Source of the DNA: Chara braunii
Taxonomy: Eukaryota; Plantae; Charophyceae
Length of the DNA: 63,197 nt
Direction of reading: 5' to 3'
Assembly (NCBI GenBank): GCA_003427395.1
Contig: BFEA01000005.1
Location: forward strand, 8,461,063 to 8,524,259
Positions 24,924 through 38,648 of this stretch are shown here, in pieces. Each line of letters opens with the position of its first letter. The first letter of the stretch is position 1. Both the position numbers and the translations under genes were made by a program. The notes under the pieces are model-generated. The model saw only the letters and a program-made list of their open reading frames with translations, ran no database searches and was not told the origin of the DNA.

Positions 24924-26034
24924 ATGATTGACTCCGTCGGTATCGACGGTTCCTTTAGTTCAAGAATCGTCGATCTCGACTGATCTTGACAGAGTGATAG
25001 ATTTACGAGAATAAGATAGGGGAGGAGAAGATGGACGGGGTGGAGGAGATGGAGGAGGAGATGGAGGAGGAGATGGAGGAGGAGGAGATGGAGGAGGAGA
25101 TGGAGTAGGAGGAGATGGAGTAGGAGATGGAGGAGGAGATGGAGTAGGAGATGGAGGAGCAGATGAAGTGGGAGGAGATGGAGTAGGAGATGGAGTAGGA
25201 GATGGAGTAGGAGATGGAGTAGGAAATGGAGTAGGAGATGGAGTAGGAGATGGAGTAGGAGATGGAGTAGGAGACGGAGTATGAGAGATTGNNNNNNNNN
25301 NNNNNNNNNNNNNNNNNNNNNNNNNNNNNNNNNNNNNNNNNNNNNNNNNNNNNNNNNNNNNNNNNNNNNNNNNNNNNNNNNNNNNNNNNNNNNNNNNNNN
25401 NNNNNNNNNNNNNNNNNNNNNNNNNNNNNNNNNNNNNNNNNNNNNNNNNNNNNNNNNNNNNNNNNNNNNNNNNNNNNNNNNNNNNNNNNNNNNNNNNNNN
25501 NNNNNNNNNNNNNNNNNNNNNNNNNNNNNNNNNNNNNNNNNNNNNNNNNNNNNNNNNNNNNGGAGTAGGAGATGGAATAGGAGATGGAGTAGGAGATGGA
25601 GTAAGAGACGGAGTAGGAGAGATTGAGTAGGAGAAGGAGTAGGAGGAGAGATGGAGGAGGAGATGGAGGAGGAGATGAAGTAGGAGGAGATGGAGTAGGA
25701 GATGGAGAAGGAGATGGAGGAGGAGATGGAGTAGGAGGAGATGGAGGAGGAGATGGAGGAGCCTAGGAGGAGATGGAGGAGGAGATGGAGTAGGAGATGG
25801 AGGAGGAGATTGAGGAAATTGAGTACAAGGAGATTGAGGATGACATGGAGGAGGAGATGGAGTAGGAGATAACCTGATGCAGGTGGTACGCATTGCAGGC
25901 AGAAGGTACGTCTGCAAATATGTTACTTGTGGTATGTTTGTGGCACTTGTGCAAAGATGACATGCACCAGGTGGTGTGGTAGCAGGAAACAGGTATGCTC
26001 TTTTTCAGACCTACACCTGCCCTAACCAGCAAAC
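24052..26034. repeat. Tandem duplication of two units containing a GGAGAT/GGAGTA minisatellite
   Basis: Units begin GTGCGAAAACGACGTTTGTGAATC (~24052 and ~24836) and end CCTAACCAGCAAAC. Confidence 0.9.
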
Positions 26035-26615
26035 CCTCCCACCACCCCCTCACCCCCCCCCCGCCCCCTTAAGTACTATTTCTTTACCTATGTGAAAGGC
26101 CTTCACATGATTGAGCACCGTCACGATGTGCCAAAGAATCAATGGGATTCTCTACCTTGGAATGCACGAGGTCCTATAGACGCAGAAGGTGCTTCACATG
26201 CACAACGTCATGCACCTTGAGGATCTGCTGCACATGGTGCAGGTGCTGCAGATGTAGCAGGCAGCAGAAGATGAAAGAGGTAAGTCCTTTCTCACCCCCC
26301 TAAACCCCTCACCCCACCCCCCAGTACTAATTATTTCACAAAAGTGCTCTTTTTCACGTCAAATTTGGTGAGGGGGGGGGACTAAACCAGCGCAAGACAA
26401 CCTTTTTTTTTTTTTTTTTTTTTTTTGACCTTTTTTCCCCCCGAAAAAGCCGTCGTCCAAAAATCTAGACGACTTGGACCACGGACGTCCGAGGAGACGT
26501 CCGGGGGAGACGACCGGCTCCCGGACCATTGGTAACCCAGATTATTTATTATTATTGTTACTTATAACATTTGGGAGGTGAAGTTACGTTGGAATGTGTG
26601 TGTGTGTGTTTGTGT

Positions 26616-26619
<4 letters not shown>

Positions 26620-26669
<50 letters not shown>

Positions 26670-26800
26670 CCCTTGTTTCAGCGGTGAATATTTAGAAATT
26701 TGTGAAACCTGCCATACACCTCTCCCCTGCTCTTTGCATGTCATACTATATCCTGCCCTCCACATATGTGTGTGTGTATGTGTGTGTGTGTGTGTGTGTT

Positions 26801-26845
<45 letters not shown>

Positions 26846-26958
26846 CCCTCGTTTCAGCGGTGAATATTTAGAAATTTGTGACACCCGCCATACACCTCTC
26901 CCCTGCTCTTTGCATGTCATACTATATCCTGCCCTCCACATATGTGTGTGTGTATGTG

Positions 26959-26990
<32 letters not shown>
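26620..26990. repeat. ~176-bp tandem duplication embedded in (TG)n
   Basis: Core GTTTCAGCGGTGAATATTTAG...CCTCCACATAT occurs twice. Confidence 0.9.
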
Positions 26991-27012
<22 letters not shown>

Positions 27013-28290
27013 CGTTCGTGTGTGTGTATGTGTGTGTGTGTGTGTTTATGTGTGCTCCTGTATGTATGTGTGTGTGTGTCTGTGTGTCATATGTGTGTGC
27101 GGGTGTGTGTCGTAGAGTAGTTTTTTTTCAAACTTGCGGGCCAGCCCCCTGCCCCCCACACTTCAGACTTGGATCCTTATCATGCGTTACCATACACAAA
27201 ACCCACACCCCCTAAGAAGTGTCCGTGAATTTATTTTGTTTTCCTAATAAATAGCTAAACCACCACTGCCCTCGCCGTCCAAAATTTGGGGGGACCGGTA
27301 GCAAAGGTTCATGAGGGTTACAGGTAGCACAGTGGGGAGAACCGGCAAGCAACAAAAATGTACATGCATCGAATTGCCGCTATGATTTTTTCGCAGTTGA
27401 ATTTTTCATAGAAAGATCAAGACGAAATCTACACACCCTCCCATTTTCAGACTTCCTGGGGTATTGTGTTAGACAGGAAAAATCGTTGAAGTCGGGGTAC
27501 TTTTCCCGTTGGCCGACACGTAAGAGAGCAGCAAAAAGAAGCAAAAATTGTTTATAGGATGAATTGGCGCGATATTTATATCACGATCCTTCATTTTTTT
27601 TTTTAAATTTTAAATATTTTCCATCGAAAAATGACGACCAAATCTCCAGGCCCATCAATTTGCAGAGTTGTTGATTCATCCTTCTGAGCGCAAACAATTG
27701 CGAAAGTTGGGTTTTTTTTCCCATTGGCCAACACGTGCCAGGATGGCAAAAATGGAAAATGCAATGAAACGGCGCGGCATTTATTTCACGGTCTAATTTT
27801 TTGTTTTATTTTTTTTCATATTTTTCCTCGAGAGATCACAAGCTAATCTACATGAACTCAAAGTTTCAGATTTTTTATTGAATTATTTTGAGCGATAAAA
27901 ATCGTCAAATTTGGCGCTTGAAAATTGTGGGACTGGACCTACGTGCATTAGTGTGCAACGTTAGGGTTTGACTATGTATCCGATTTTCGATTCAACGTGG
28001 GTTTCGCGTTGAAAAATTCAACGCGCGGTGAATTTGCATCGAATGCAGTTATAACGCACGTTAGACGTGAATAAACGAGTTCCGCGAACTGTGATTTCGC
28101 GGGTTTGGGGGGGGGGTCGGGGGTTTTGAGGGCCTAGGGTGGTGCAGTGGTGTGTTGCGTACCACCTCATGCCCTCATAATTTTTTATTTTTTTTTAAAA
28201 TTGAAATTAGTTAAAAAAACAACCCCGGCGTCGTGCAGACACTGCAGGGCCTTTTCGGGGTACCGATGTTGGGTGGGCTGCTTGGGGAAC

Positions 28291-28302
28291 GGCTATAAAG
28301 AG
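28291..28302 (+). promoter_or_regulatory. Possible TATA box (GGCTATAAAGAG)
   Basis: Consensus match in a GC-rich context, followed by a (GA)n leader. No downstream ORF is evident. Confidence 0.25.
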
Positions 28303-28392
28303 GGCCGTTTCACTCGGCCGCACTCATTTGTCACGCGAGCAGAAACTCAGAACGTGACGAACACGTGTTGTGCACGACGTCCAATGCGCGTA

Positions 28393-28447
<55 letters not shown>

Positions 28448-30699
28448 CAGACGACAACGACCAAATGATACTTGTTTCTTAGTTTAAGAATCTGTGGGTG
28501 ATGTCTCAGGGTTCCTACTACTTTTAATTTCTAAGGGTATTTCTTTTCTCATTTTTTTTTCCTTTATTTTATTTTTTACTTATTTGATTATTTTGTATTT
28601 ATGTGTATGTGTTTTCTTAATGGCGCATTCGTCTGAGTTAAGTGTATGCTGTGACTTAATTGTATGTGTTCGTAATGACGCATTTATTTGAGATCACTTT
28701 ATGCCACGACTTTATTTTACGTTGAACCTATTTTTGCTTGTATCTATATTTTTATTACTTCGATGTGTGTTGATTTCTAGGTGGCGTGTTTTTTTTTATT
28801 GCGGTTTTGTTTAGAAGATGTGGATGTTGTGTATTGGTTTTGGGAAAGTGTTTTAAGGAACAAGGTGTCATGCAGGGGTTCTCCTTTTTGCCGATTATAT
28901 TAGGAGACAATTGGTTGTTGGGGCTACTCATCTAATTGCCCTGAATTGGATCAACCAGGATGGTTTAAAAATTATGAGTGGCAGCGGAGCATTAGTGAGA
29001 GCTAGCTGCCATAGCCTTTTATCGCTATGTTCTGCTTCATTTTATATGTCATCTTACGCGTTTAGGTTCGGTTATGAACTTATTATTCCTATTTTTTATT
29101 TGCTCCATAGCTCACGATCGGATGAGCTGAAGAATTTCACACCTTGCTAGAAATTTCGCAAAACTTCGCAAAACATCGTCCACTAATTATATATGAAGTT
29201 GAATGATCAAAGATCTGCATACATATTTTTATACGAGGCTAAGGTTGTATACATAGGTGGGGGTTTAACTTATACTTAATCAATATGCCATTGATTATAT
29301 AGAGAGACACATAGTCAATGCTTAAGCTGCATACGTAGGCTTATCAAAAGCAAAGGAAATATTGTCAAGCCGTCATAAATACTAAGAAAGTTTGCAGATA
29401 ACCAGTCAGCCTAAAACTGTTATATCTTATTCGTAGTGCAATATTAATCAGAAAAAGAGCAGGATCCCAGTCAAAACTGAAAGAACGATTGATCACCCCA
29501 TGTACTTTTGAACACTGAGAAATAATTGAATTAATTTGAGCATAATACTAGGGAAATAACCATCGTGGCAGTGCTATATCCTATTCATAGTGCGTCACCA
29601 ATCTGAGCAAAAATAGAGCAGAACATCAGGCGAGCCTGATGGAACCATGAATCGCAGCAGATTGTTTCGAATATTGATTCAGTCTGAGCACGATTCTAAA
29701 CAACTAGCACAAAAGTGCTCTATCTTATTTCTAGGGCATTATTTGAAAAATTTTGGGCCAAATCTGAAGATTGTTGAAGCGTAATAGCTTATGATATTAA
29801 AACAACTTACAGAAAAAACCTTCTTTCTGGCGCCAGGGTTAATTGTGTCCCCGAAAGGTTAAGTTATATATATATATATATAAATATATATTTATAAGTT
29901 TATTTATTATCAGAATATATGTTTACATACGATTATATTGCGCTTGTCAATTGGCGAACATACGGAGTGCACCAACCCGAAGAAGAAAAGAGAGTGTTTA
30001 AACAATTGGTTACTTGTGACAAACACTCGAAACTTTTATATCGTCAACCGAGTACAACGGTGTCTTGTGCATGGTGGTTGGGTTGTGACACTAAAGAATT
30101 CATTGCTTCTGGGCAAGGGAAGGTTTATCGTAGTATAGTCGTGTCCTTATTCGGCTAAGATAATTGGTTCAGTTTGAGCAGAGCGAACATAAAGAATGTG
30201 CATCATAAAAACTAAAAAGTGTTGATGTTCATGTTGTATCTCAAATTTGGGAAAATCTAACATAAAACATCAAAAGGTTAAGCAGAACAATCACGGGAGT
30301 TGTCTTGTGATATTAGAAACGAATGGCGAAAAACTCCATAAAAAAAAAAAAATTAGAAATAAATAAATAACAACTCTTTTAGTGATCGTAAATCAGCGCA
30401 CTGCTTTAGTTTATATAACTCGAAGAAGTTTGTGGAACTCCTTATTGTTACGGTGTTTCCTCAGTATAGGTCTATCAAAGGGTCAAATCGGGTCAGAAAA
30501 TAAGCTAAACAATTCATATCGTATTAAATCAAACTTAGCAGATAGGCTAATTCCTACATGTCAATTCTCATATGCAGGCCCCGCCGCCACGTCACGACAC
30601 ATGTGTACTGTAATCCATATAGTGCAAATGTTTCGCATGTATTAAGCAGATGATTACTTGGTAAGATTTGATACTAATCCTGTTGAGAAAAAACAGATT

Positions 30700-33078
30700 A
30701 ACAAAACTCAGCCGAAATAATCGATTCATTTTGCGAAATCATTAAAAAAATAGCCAGTGCAGAACTGTTATATCTTGCTCCTCGTGCATTGTTACCAATC
30801 CGATAAAAACCAGAGTATAGCAACGGGTGAAACTGAAAAGGACGATGAAACGCAGTAGATTGTTTCGAATACTGAAAAAAATAGACTCAATTTGAGCGTG
30901 ATACTAACCCGTCAGTGCAGAAAGTGCTATGTCCTATCACTTAATCGAAAAAACAGGGGCGAATATGACAAAACGATGCATCACAATACCTTGTGATATT
31001 TAAAATGACTTATAGGGAATTATATATATATCTATGAACTTTTTTATCGGCACAAGGGTTAACTTTGTCCCCGAAGGGTTAACTTTCTTATATATTTATT
31101 TCCAAAAATATATATAATTATAGCACGCTTGCTTATCAGAGCACAACGATCCGAAAAAACGAAGGGTTAACTGCAACTTGACAACGTCGATATCGTCAAT
31201 CTAGTAAAGTATAACGATATCACGGTATCTTGTGCGTGGTGGTTGGGTTGTGGAGCTGGAGAATGCAGTGCTTCTAGGCAAGGGATGGTTTATCGTAGTA
31301 TTATCAGACCGTTTTTTGGGGGGGTTGGGGAATGCGTACACATCAAGCGTTTCTTCTCAAAGAAATCGTCTGTTGAAGGTCAATCGATTGCTAGAACCAA
31401 TTGGTGAACTTACTTATAGTATAGACGAAGGGGAGTTAACGCGCATTTTTTTGGAAGTGTTTCTTTAACTGTAAGGTTATCATAGAAGCGTGCGATGTTG
31501 CATTTGCGACGTGCAACGATGTTATATTTGCGTGGCAGCGTAGTCACTTAAATCTAGGATATCTGGAAAGCACTGGGGATTATACGTGAATGTATAGCGA
31601 TTAGTCGTGATGGTATATGCGTAGTAGAGGAATGATTGAGGTATGCACATGATAGTGGTGTGTCTGCTGGAGGATTGAACTCACAAGGGGGGTGGATAAT
31701 GTGGGGGAGTGTGCGGTGGTAGTGGTGATAGGGAAGCATTAGTATGTTTCACTGCGAAGAGTTACGAATCTCGGATATAGCGCAGATATGGGTGGTCATG
31801 TTAGCGAGGGAGTCGACCCTAGCTTAGCAATAAGATAAATCATCTGGGTATATGTGTAGTGGGTATGTGTAAACACGGCCACCCCGTATATACGGGAAAC
31901 AAGAACATCACATCTTTTATATCACGACAGGTTAGTAGCAGTTTAAACATAGTGGGTGTTTTAGCTATCAACTCATCTGTGAGGATGCAAGAGGCGTTTG
32001 CGGTTTAGATTAAGGGGAGCATTTAGAGTTAGTAATTAAGGTTAGCGATGGTTGTTGAGGACAGCCATAAGGGGGTGCACGCCCTGATGTGCGCTTTTCG
32101 CTGCTTAGCACCCATAGCAGCTCGTCAGAGGGATGTAGCTCCACGTTAGTTTGTAGGTCACGGAGGTTAAGGGGAGGTGAGGGAAGATGGGGCTTAGGGA
32201 AGGTTAGGGGGGTATATTCGAGTGAACCCATACCTGTGAGCGGAATGCCTGTGAAGACGACATCTCTTCAACGAACGCCATTCTCCCTCTGTGTGTTAGG
32301 CCGCTCATAGAACGCAATGGAGCTCAGTGATAGCAGGAGGGGATTAGAGAGTGTTAGCGATGGCGTTGTAGGTCCGCGAGCATTAGGTCGCTCTTGCTTG
32401 CTCGGCACACGAGCGTAGGCGAGGAAGGCAGAATATGCTGTAGTGTTGCGGAGAGGTGAACGTGGGAGGGGGAGCGAGCGTCGAGCATTGCAAGTTTACC
32501 TTGTTGTAGATGCTCTTTGCAGTGGTAGTATGTATATTATATATTGAGAGTATCGTAATGGTGTTGCAGGGTTCGTATTTCTTTGATGTATGGTGAGTGG
32601 GTATGATATAATCAGGGTGTGTGCGTATTTGGTGGGGAGGGTGGCGGCGAGGGCCATAGCTATAGTAAATCTGAGGGGGATTGGGGTGTTTGTGTGTGAT
32701 TTCTTCATGCACCAAGGGGTAGTGCGGGTGGTATGCCCGTGTGAAGCAGCGTTTTGCATGCTTTGTGTTTGTTCACTAGTTGTGCTTGGCCTATTAGAGT
32801 GCAAGTGCTGTGTAGTTTTTGTGTTGTCTTGTCGTTTTGGAGTTTTGAAATGGCTATGGCATGTGTGCGTGATCGTTGGTGGGTTGGGATTTGTTCGGCA
32901 TGTTGCTTCTGTCGTTGTCGTGTGTGGAGTCAGTCATGTCGTTTGGAAGTGGTGATGTGTGTGGTTTATTCGTTTCACTTGGCGCGGGTGTCGTTTGGTT
33001 TGGGCCCGCGTGGGATTTTTGTTTTTTTCGGAGGTTACTTCTTTTTGTGTATGCAGTGAAGTGGGTGCTAGCGTTGTT

Positions 33079-33112
<34 letters not shown>

Positions 33113-33394
33113 GTCCCATAACCGGTATCTAGCTTATTTCTTGTATGCTTATTTATGTGTTGTGGGTGTTCGTTTAGTTGCAGGTAGCGTGGGTGTCGTG
33201 TATTACCGTGAATAGGGAGTGGGCATTCGATGTGATGCGTGTGTGGTTTAAAAGTTTTTCAGCTCTTTTTCTGTGGACATTTTTAAATAAACATTGTTGC
33301 ATTTTATTGGGAGCTTGTATCCGGGGGTGTTGTGTGCGGGAAATAATTTTGATTTTGTTTTCTATTATTATTTAATTGATTAGTTTCTTTTATC

Positions 33395-33425
<31 letters not shown>

Positions 33426-33496
33426 TTAATTAATTATTATTTATTTATTATTATGAATTATTTACTATCATTTATTTAATTTTTAGTTTTCCATAT
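30700..33496 (-). repeat. Copy 3 of the long repeat plus flank (resumes at 34327-34400)
   Basis: Colinear with 18480-21490. Confidence 0.85.
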
Positions 33497-34326
33497 TGCA
33501 ATCAGAACACTTTTCATGCATGTAAACAGCAACGCAGCAAACTGGCGACATGCGGCCACTCAAAACTCAGAGATATGGCTTCCAGATACGAGTTCACTCT
33601 CAATTGGATATGGCGACTCAGCGCCCAAACAACTCACTGTTCACACACACTGGATCACCCTCGATATCCCACACGCGTAACTCTGAGCACTCGCACTTAC
33701 ACACACACTTCACACTAACTACAGCTATGGCAGCTATGGCTGCCTCTACCCTATCGCTATACTAAGCTCCTTCTCTCTCGCCCACTGCGTCCTCCGGGCT
33801 CACTGCAGACCTCCTTGCACAAGTCGCTGTGACAGCGCTTCCGCATGGCTCACGCAGGAATGAATGAAAGGCTGGGCGCTGCCTCTTGATTTATACTTCG
33901 GAAACTCGTTGGTCTGCCCTTTGCCATCGGCCCATGGTGTGCACAGTCCCCCGTGGTACTTGCTGGACCGGACTGGGACTGACTGGACTTCACCGCTGAC
34001 TGTCTGTGGACTCACTGCTATCCTACCGTCGTCGTACTGCGATTGCACTGCAGTTTAGTCCACCACTTGCCTCGCCACTTGACCACTTGCCCAGTTGCCG
34101 ACCTTCTAGAAGGACTACAGCTAGACTTCTGGAACTTGCTAAGACTTCTACCCTATAGACCTACATGCTTATGGACCTACGACAGACCTACCAACTGTCT
34201 ACGAATACACAGGTCACAGGTTCAACTCTCGGGGTCTACACCGATACTGTACATGGGTAGGGCGAGGTCTAGGGATCGAGCCCTGGGTACTGCATCTGCT
34301 ACTGCTAAAAGGTGAAAACCGTTTCA
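33497..34326 (-). mobile_element. Solo LTR (~830 bp)
   Basis: TG...CA termini flanked by ATAT; absent from the other copies of the host repeat; TATA-like GTATAAAT on the minus strand at ~33890. Confidence 0.75.
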
Positions 34327-34442
34327 ATATTTATCATTTTGTTACTCTATTATGTGACTTCTTATTCTTATTATCAATATATGGGTTGCTTGCTTTTTAA
34401 AAAAAATATATATATATATATCGTCAATATATATATATATAT

Positions 34443-35264
34443 CGTCAAATAGAACTGCCCGGTAAACCGTAGGCAGAGAGGGAGAAGAGGACAACAAATG
34501 AGGGGCTGTGACAAAGTAGACTATCACTCACCCACACCAGATGGAAAACTCTACAGACTGTCGGTTCACACCCCATCACAAGCCAGCAAAACATCCACGA
34601 AACAAAGAAAGGTCTGTCACAGCCAAAAAATACACTCCAGACNNNNNNNNNNNNNNNNNNNNNNNNNNNNNNNNNNNNNNNNNNNNNNNNNNNNNNNNNN
34701 NNNNNNNNNNNNNNNNNNNNNNNNNNNNNNNNNNNNNNNNNNNNNNNNNNNNNNNNNNNNNNNNNNNNNNNNNNNNNNNNNNNNNNNNNNNNNNNNNNNN
34801 NNNNNNNNNNNNNNNNNNNNNNNNNNNNNNNNNNNNNNNNNNNNNNNNNNNNNNNNNNNNNNNNNNNNNNNNNNNNNNNNNNNNNNNNNNNNNNNNNNNN
34901 NNNNNNNNNNNNNNNNNNNNNNNNNNNNNNNNNNNNNNNNNNNNNNNNNNNNNNNNNNNNNNNNNNNNNNNNNNNNNNNNNNNNNNNNNNNNNNNNNNNN
35001 NNNNNNNNNNNNNNNNNNNNNNNNNNNNNNNNNNNNNNNNNNNNNNNNNNNNNNNNNNNNNNNNNNNNNNNNNNNNNNNNNNNNNNNNNNNNNNNNNNNN
35101 NNNNNNNNNNNNNNNNNNNNNNNNNNNNNNNNNNNNNNNNNNNNNNNNNNNNNNNNNNNNNNNNNNNNNNNNNNNNNNNNNNACGAAACAGTTTGTCACA
35201 GCCCCTCGTTTGTTGTCCTCTTCTCCCTCTCTGCCTACGGTTTACCGGGCAGTTCTATTTGACG
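34443..35264. mobile_element. MITE with ~73-bp near-perfect TIRs inserted in (TA)n
   Basis: CGTCAAATAGAACTGCCCGGTAAACCG.../...CGGTTTACCGGGCAGTTCTATTTGACG; interior is gapped. Confidence 0.9.
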
Positions 35265-35320
35265 ATATATATATCGTATATGTATATATCGTCACAATGT
35301 ATATATATCATCAAACAGAT

Positions 35321-35380
<60 letters not shown>

Positions 35381-36399
35381 AAAGTCACGTCACAAGAATT
35401 ACCTATGCCAGCAACTGAATTTTCAATTGAATCAAACATTTCAGCCCCAGAATCTGATATGCACATGCTTAGACAAACACAATAATCATGGTGGAACGAG
35501 CACTGCAATGTCCAGAGTACCAAGGTCACTGTTGCTGCCCACTGATGGTGGAGGGGGTTGGCGAGGCATTCACAGGAAGAGGTGAACAAATCCAGTCTTT
35601 GTTTTGCACTGCCTTAGCTCCCAACCCCTCAAAACACCTGGAGCCCGTGCTGACCTCAAACCACTTGCCAGTGTTGACACCTAACCTTCTGCGGCCCCCT
35701 AAGTCTCCACTCGAGCAAGATGCCTTAAACCACGACTACCACAGAAGAACAATGGTAAAGTGGGTCATTCACCCACGTCCTAAAATCTATGAGATTCTGC
35801 ACCCCCACTCTGATTGAAAATCTGATGCAACTTTTCAGTTTCAGAGGTCTGGGTGCCCGAACCAGATGCCTTTATTTCTCAAATGGTGAGAGGCTTAAGA
35901 TTCATCCACAGTGACTAGGCCCAGGTTGATTGGCAAATAGGGGACCGTAACTACCTCCAAAGAGTTCAGAATGGTTTGGACATAGTTGAACCTAGAAATT
36001 GTTTGGACAGAGTGGAATTATCAGGAATCAGCTCACCAGCACAACTCGATGGCATGTTCCGTGTCCTCGTAGGCAATTTCAACCAGCAGATCTCATTCAA
36101 GTTGTGAACCTGAGTGAGCCTCGAACGCTGGAACTCTCTGGTGCACCTTGGCATGCAATCATGCAGGCTACGCAACCGGGCAAAAGAAATCACCAGCACC
36201 AGAGAAGTCCCACAGCGAAGCCACTATATGCGGGAAAGTCCTAACCTATTTATTGAATGAATTTCAATATACAATGGATAATCCGCAGGAAACCAACATA
36301 TGTCTGTGTAGGATCCTCAGAGACTAAAGGTGAAGAATTCTAAGTCCGAACAAAAAGCAGAGGCGGAACATTTATCAGGCACCAACCCCACAGTCTAAC

Positions 36400-36836
36400 C
36401 GAAAATCCAATGAGCCTTTTTGTTCCGGTGGTCTGAGGATGGCCACCTTGTAACAAGGAAGGCTGCTCTTTTGTAAACTGCTACTCCCAAGGTATCGACA
36501 CTGCTCATCCCTTCATCCCTGGACTCATAACACAGAAGAAGATGGAGGAGAGATTTTTCAGCGAGACGTCTACGCTGGGCCTCAGTCTGACAGAAAATCC
36601 AATGCCCCTTTCCGTTCCACCGGTCTGAGCATGGCCACCTTATAACAAGGAAGGCTGCTCTTTTGTCCTGGTGCTTTCGGACTTGACCCTCTGGTGCTTT
36701 CGGACATGACCCTCATCAAACACACATAAACTGCTACTTCCAAGGTATCTACACTGCTTATCCCTTCATCCCTGGACTCATAACACAGAAAAGATGGAGG
36801 AGAGATCTTTCAAGGAGACATTCCAGCCTGGGCCTC
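36400..36836. repeat. ~190-bp tandem duplication; second copy has a ~60-bp insertion
   Basis: GAAAATCCAATG...CTGGGCCTCA occurs twice. Confidence 0.85.
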
Positions 36837-37252
36837 ATACATATATATGGATGCAGTCTGTCAAGGATTCGGCCTCCTGACCAGTGAGTAAAAGTCCAAC
36901 GAAACTGTCTTTCACAGCCCCCTTTTCTTGTGCTTCCTCCCTTTCTTCCTCGTCCCCCTAAGGCTTCCTGCCTGCTATGGCGGTTCTTTGTGACTAACCC
37001 NAACGGGAGTCCAGGCAGGGATTCAGACCCAGCAGATATTGCTCCCCAGATGGTCTTTTACTTCTCTACTTCATTGCGCCTCTCAATCTCCCTATCTCTA
37101 TGGACTTGAAATACATCTCAGCCGTGACTGGGTGCCACAGAAACTTGGGGGATGGATTCCACCACGCCCATAAATAAAGGGCCAAGTTTCCCCATTCCGT
37201 AAAGTACTGTTCAGACTTTGCCCTTTCCACCAGCAACACTTCATCTACGCAC

Positions 37253-38648
37253 CTGCCAACGGTAATCCTTTCCAGGCACCGGCTCCGCTGCAATGAACGC
37301 CCTGGAGGCAGGTGGACCCACCAATTTTCGACCACAAAGGGGTGAGCCCTTCGGCGTGCTAGGCACAGCAGCTGTGAAACCTGAAACAGCAAACTCTGGA
37401 GCACTAGGTGCAAGGTCTCCTTCGGATTTTTCAGTCATAACGTTTGCTTCATGTTCTTCTACGACAACCCTTTGTCGGTCGTTGCTGTCTGTCGAATCCG
37501 ACCTGGGTTCCCCCCGGCTGTCCCCAGGCAACTGTACAAGAAGTCCATGCTCGTGAGGAAATCCATGCAACTCTGACTCACATCGTGATTGTTTGACTAG
37601 CATGTCCTGCTCAACAGCATCTTTGCCTGGCACTAAATTCTCACGGCGGACTGGAGAGTCCCCCAGCAACTGCTCAAGAAGTCCATGGTCTTGAAGGAAC
37701 CCATAACCTTCTGACACTGCTTCTGTTTGTTTGACTAGTGCTTCCTGCTGCACCGAATCTTTCTCTGGCATGAAACTGCTGCAGTAGACTGCAGAGTACC
37801 CTGGCAACGGCACAAGATACCCATGCTCTTGAAGAAATCCATGCCTTTCTGACTCACTTTCTGATTGTTTGACTAGCGCCTCCTGCTGCAACTGATCTTT
37901 CTCTGGCATGAAATTGTTGCTCCGCACCGGAGAGTCCCCCAGCAACTGCACAAGAAGTCCATGCTCTTGAAAGAATCCATGCCCTTCTGAAGCAGCTTCT
38001 GTTTTGACTGGTGCCTCCGGCTGCTCCGCATCGTTCTTGGGCATGGAATTGTCTCTGCGGATCCCAGGGTCGCCCAGCAATGTCACAAGAAGTTCACTCT
38101 CTTGAAGAAATCCAGGCCCTTCTGACTCACCTTTCGATGGTTCGACTAGCGCCTCCTGCTGCGCTGGATCTTCCTTGGGCTTGAAATTGTCACTGTGGAC
38201 CGGAGAGTCCCCCAGAGACAACGCAAGAAGTCTATGCCCTTGGACTTCTGCTTGCGACTCTACTCTTTGTCCATCTTGCTCTACGATTCCATCTGCCCTG
38301 CATTTCCCCTGGCTGTCCCCAAGTAACGCTATAAGGAGTCCATGCTCTTGAAGATATCCGTGCCCTTCTGACTCCGCTTCCGACTGTTTGACTAGCGCCT
38401 CCTGCAGCTGTGGCGGGTCTTTGTCTGGCATGAAGTTGTTATTGAGGGCCGATGATTCCCCCAGCAACTGCACGAGCTCGCCCTGACACTGCACTGGGTC
38501 ATACTCCTTTCTTTGCAATCCCAGGTTGGCAGTGCTTGGTACCTCCGCGGGGTTTGCTGCGAATGTAGATCGGTTTTCCTCAGCTTTGCTTGTGGGCGTC
38601 AGCAAAGGCTGGTGTTCAGCTGAAGCAAGCCTAACAGGGATGCATTTC
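37253..38648 (-). CDS. Large coding exon of an unknown host protein with six 46-aa tandem repeats
   Basis: Open ~1.4-kb frame; acceptor TGCAG| at 38649/38648; donor CAG|GTGCGT at 37253 (or stop at 37241); repeat indels preserve the frame. Confidence 0.7.

Larger units (their letters stand above)
21496..26540. mobile_element. ~5-kb TIR-like insertion packed with simple repeats
   Basis: Interrupts the host repeat, which resumes at 26541. GGACGTCC-rich subterminal motifs at both ends; right end GGTAACCCAG; left TIR and TSD are degraded. Confidence 0.65.

Noticed and set aside
24134-26053. Extensin-like SPPP or Gly/Asp-rich ORFs, and a RYVCKY BED-finger-like hint
   Set aside because: The minisatellite register shifts frame repeatedly, there are in-frame stops, and the zinc ligands are incomplete.
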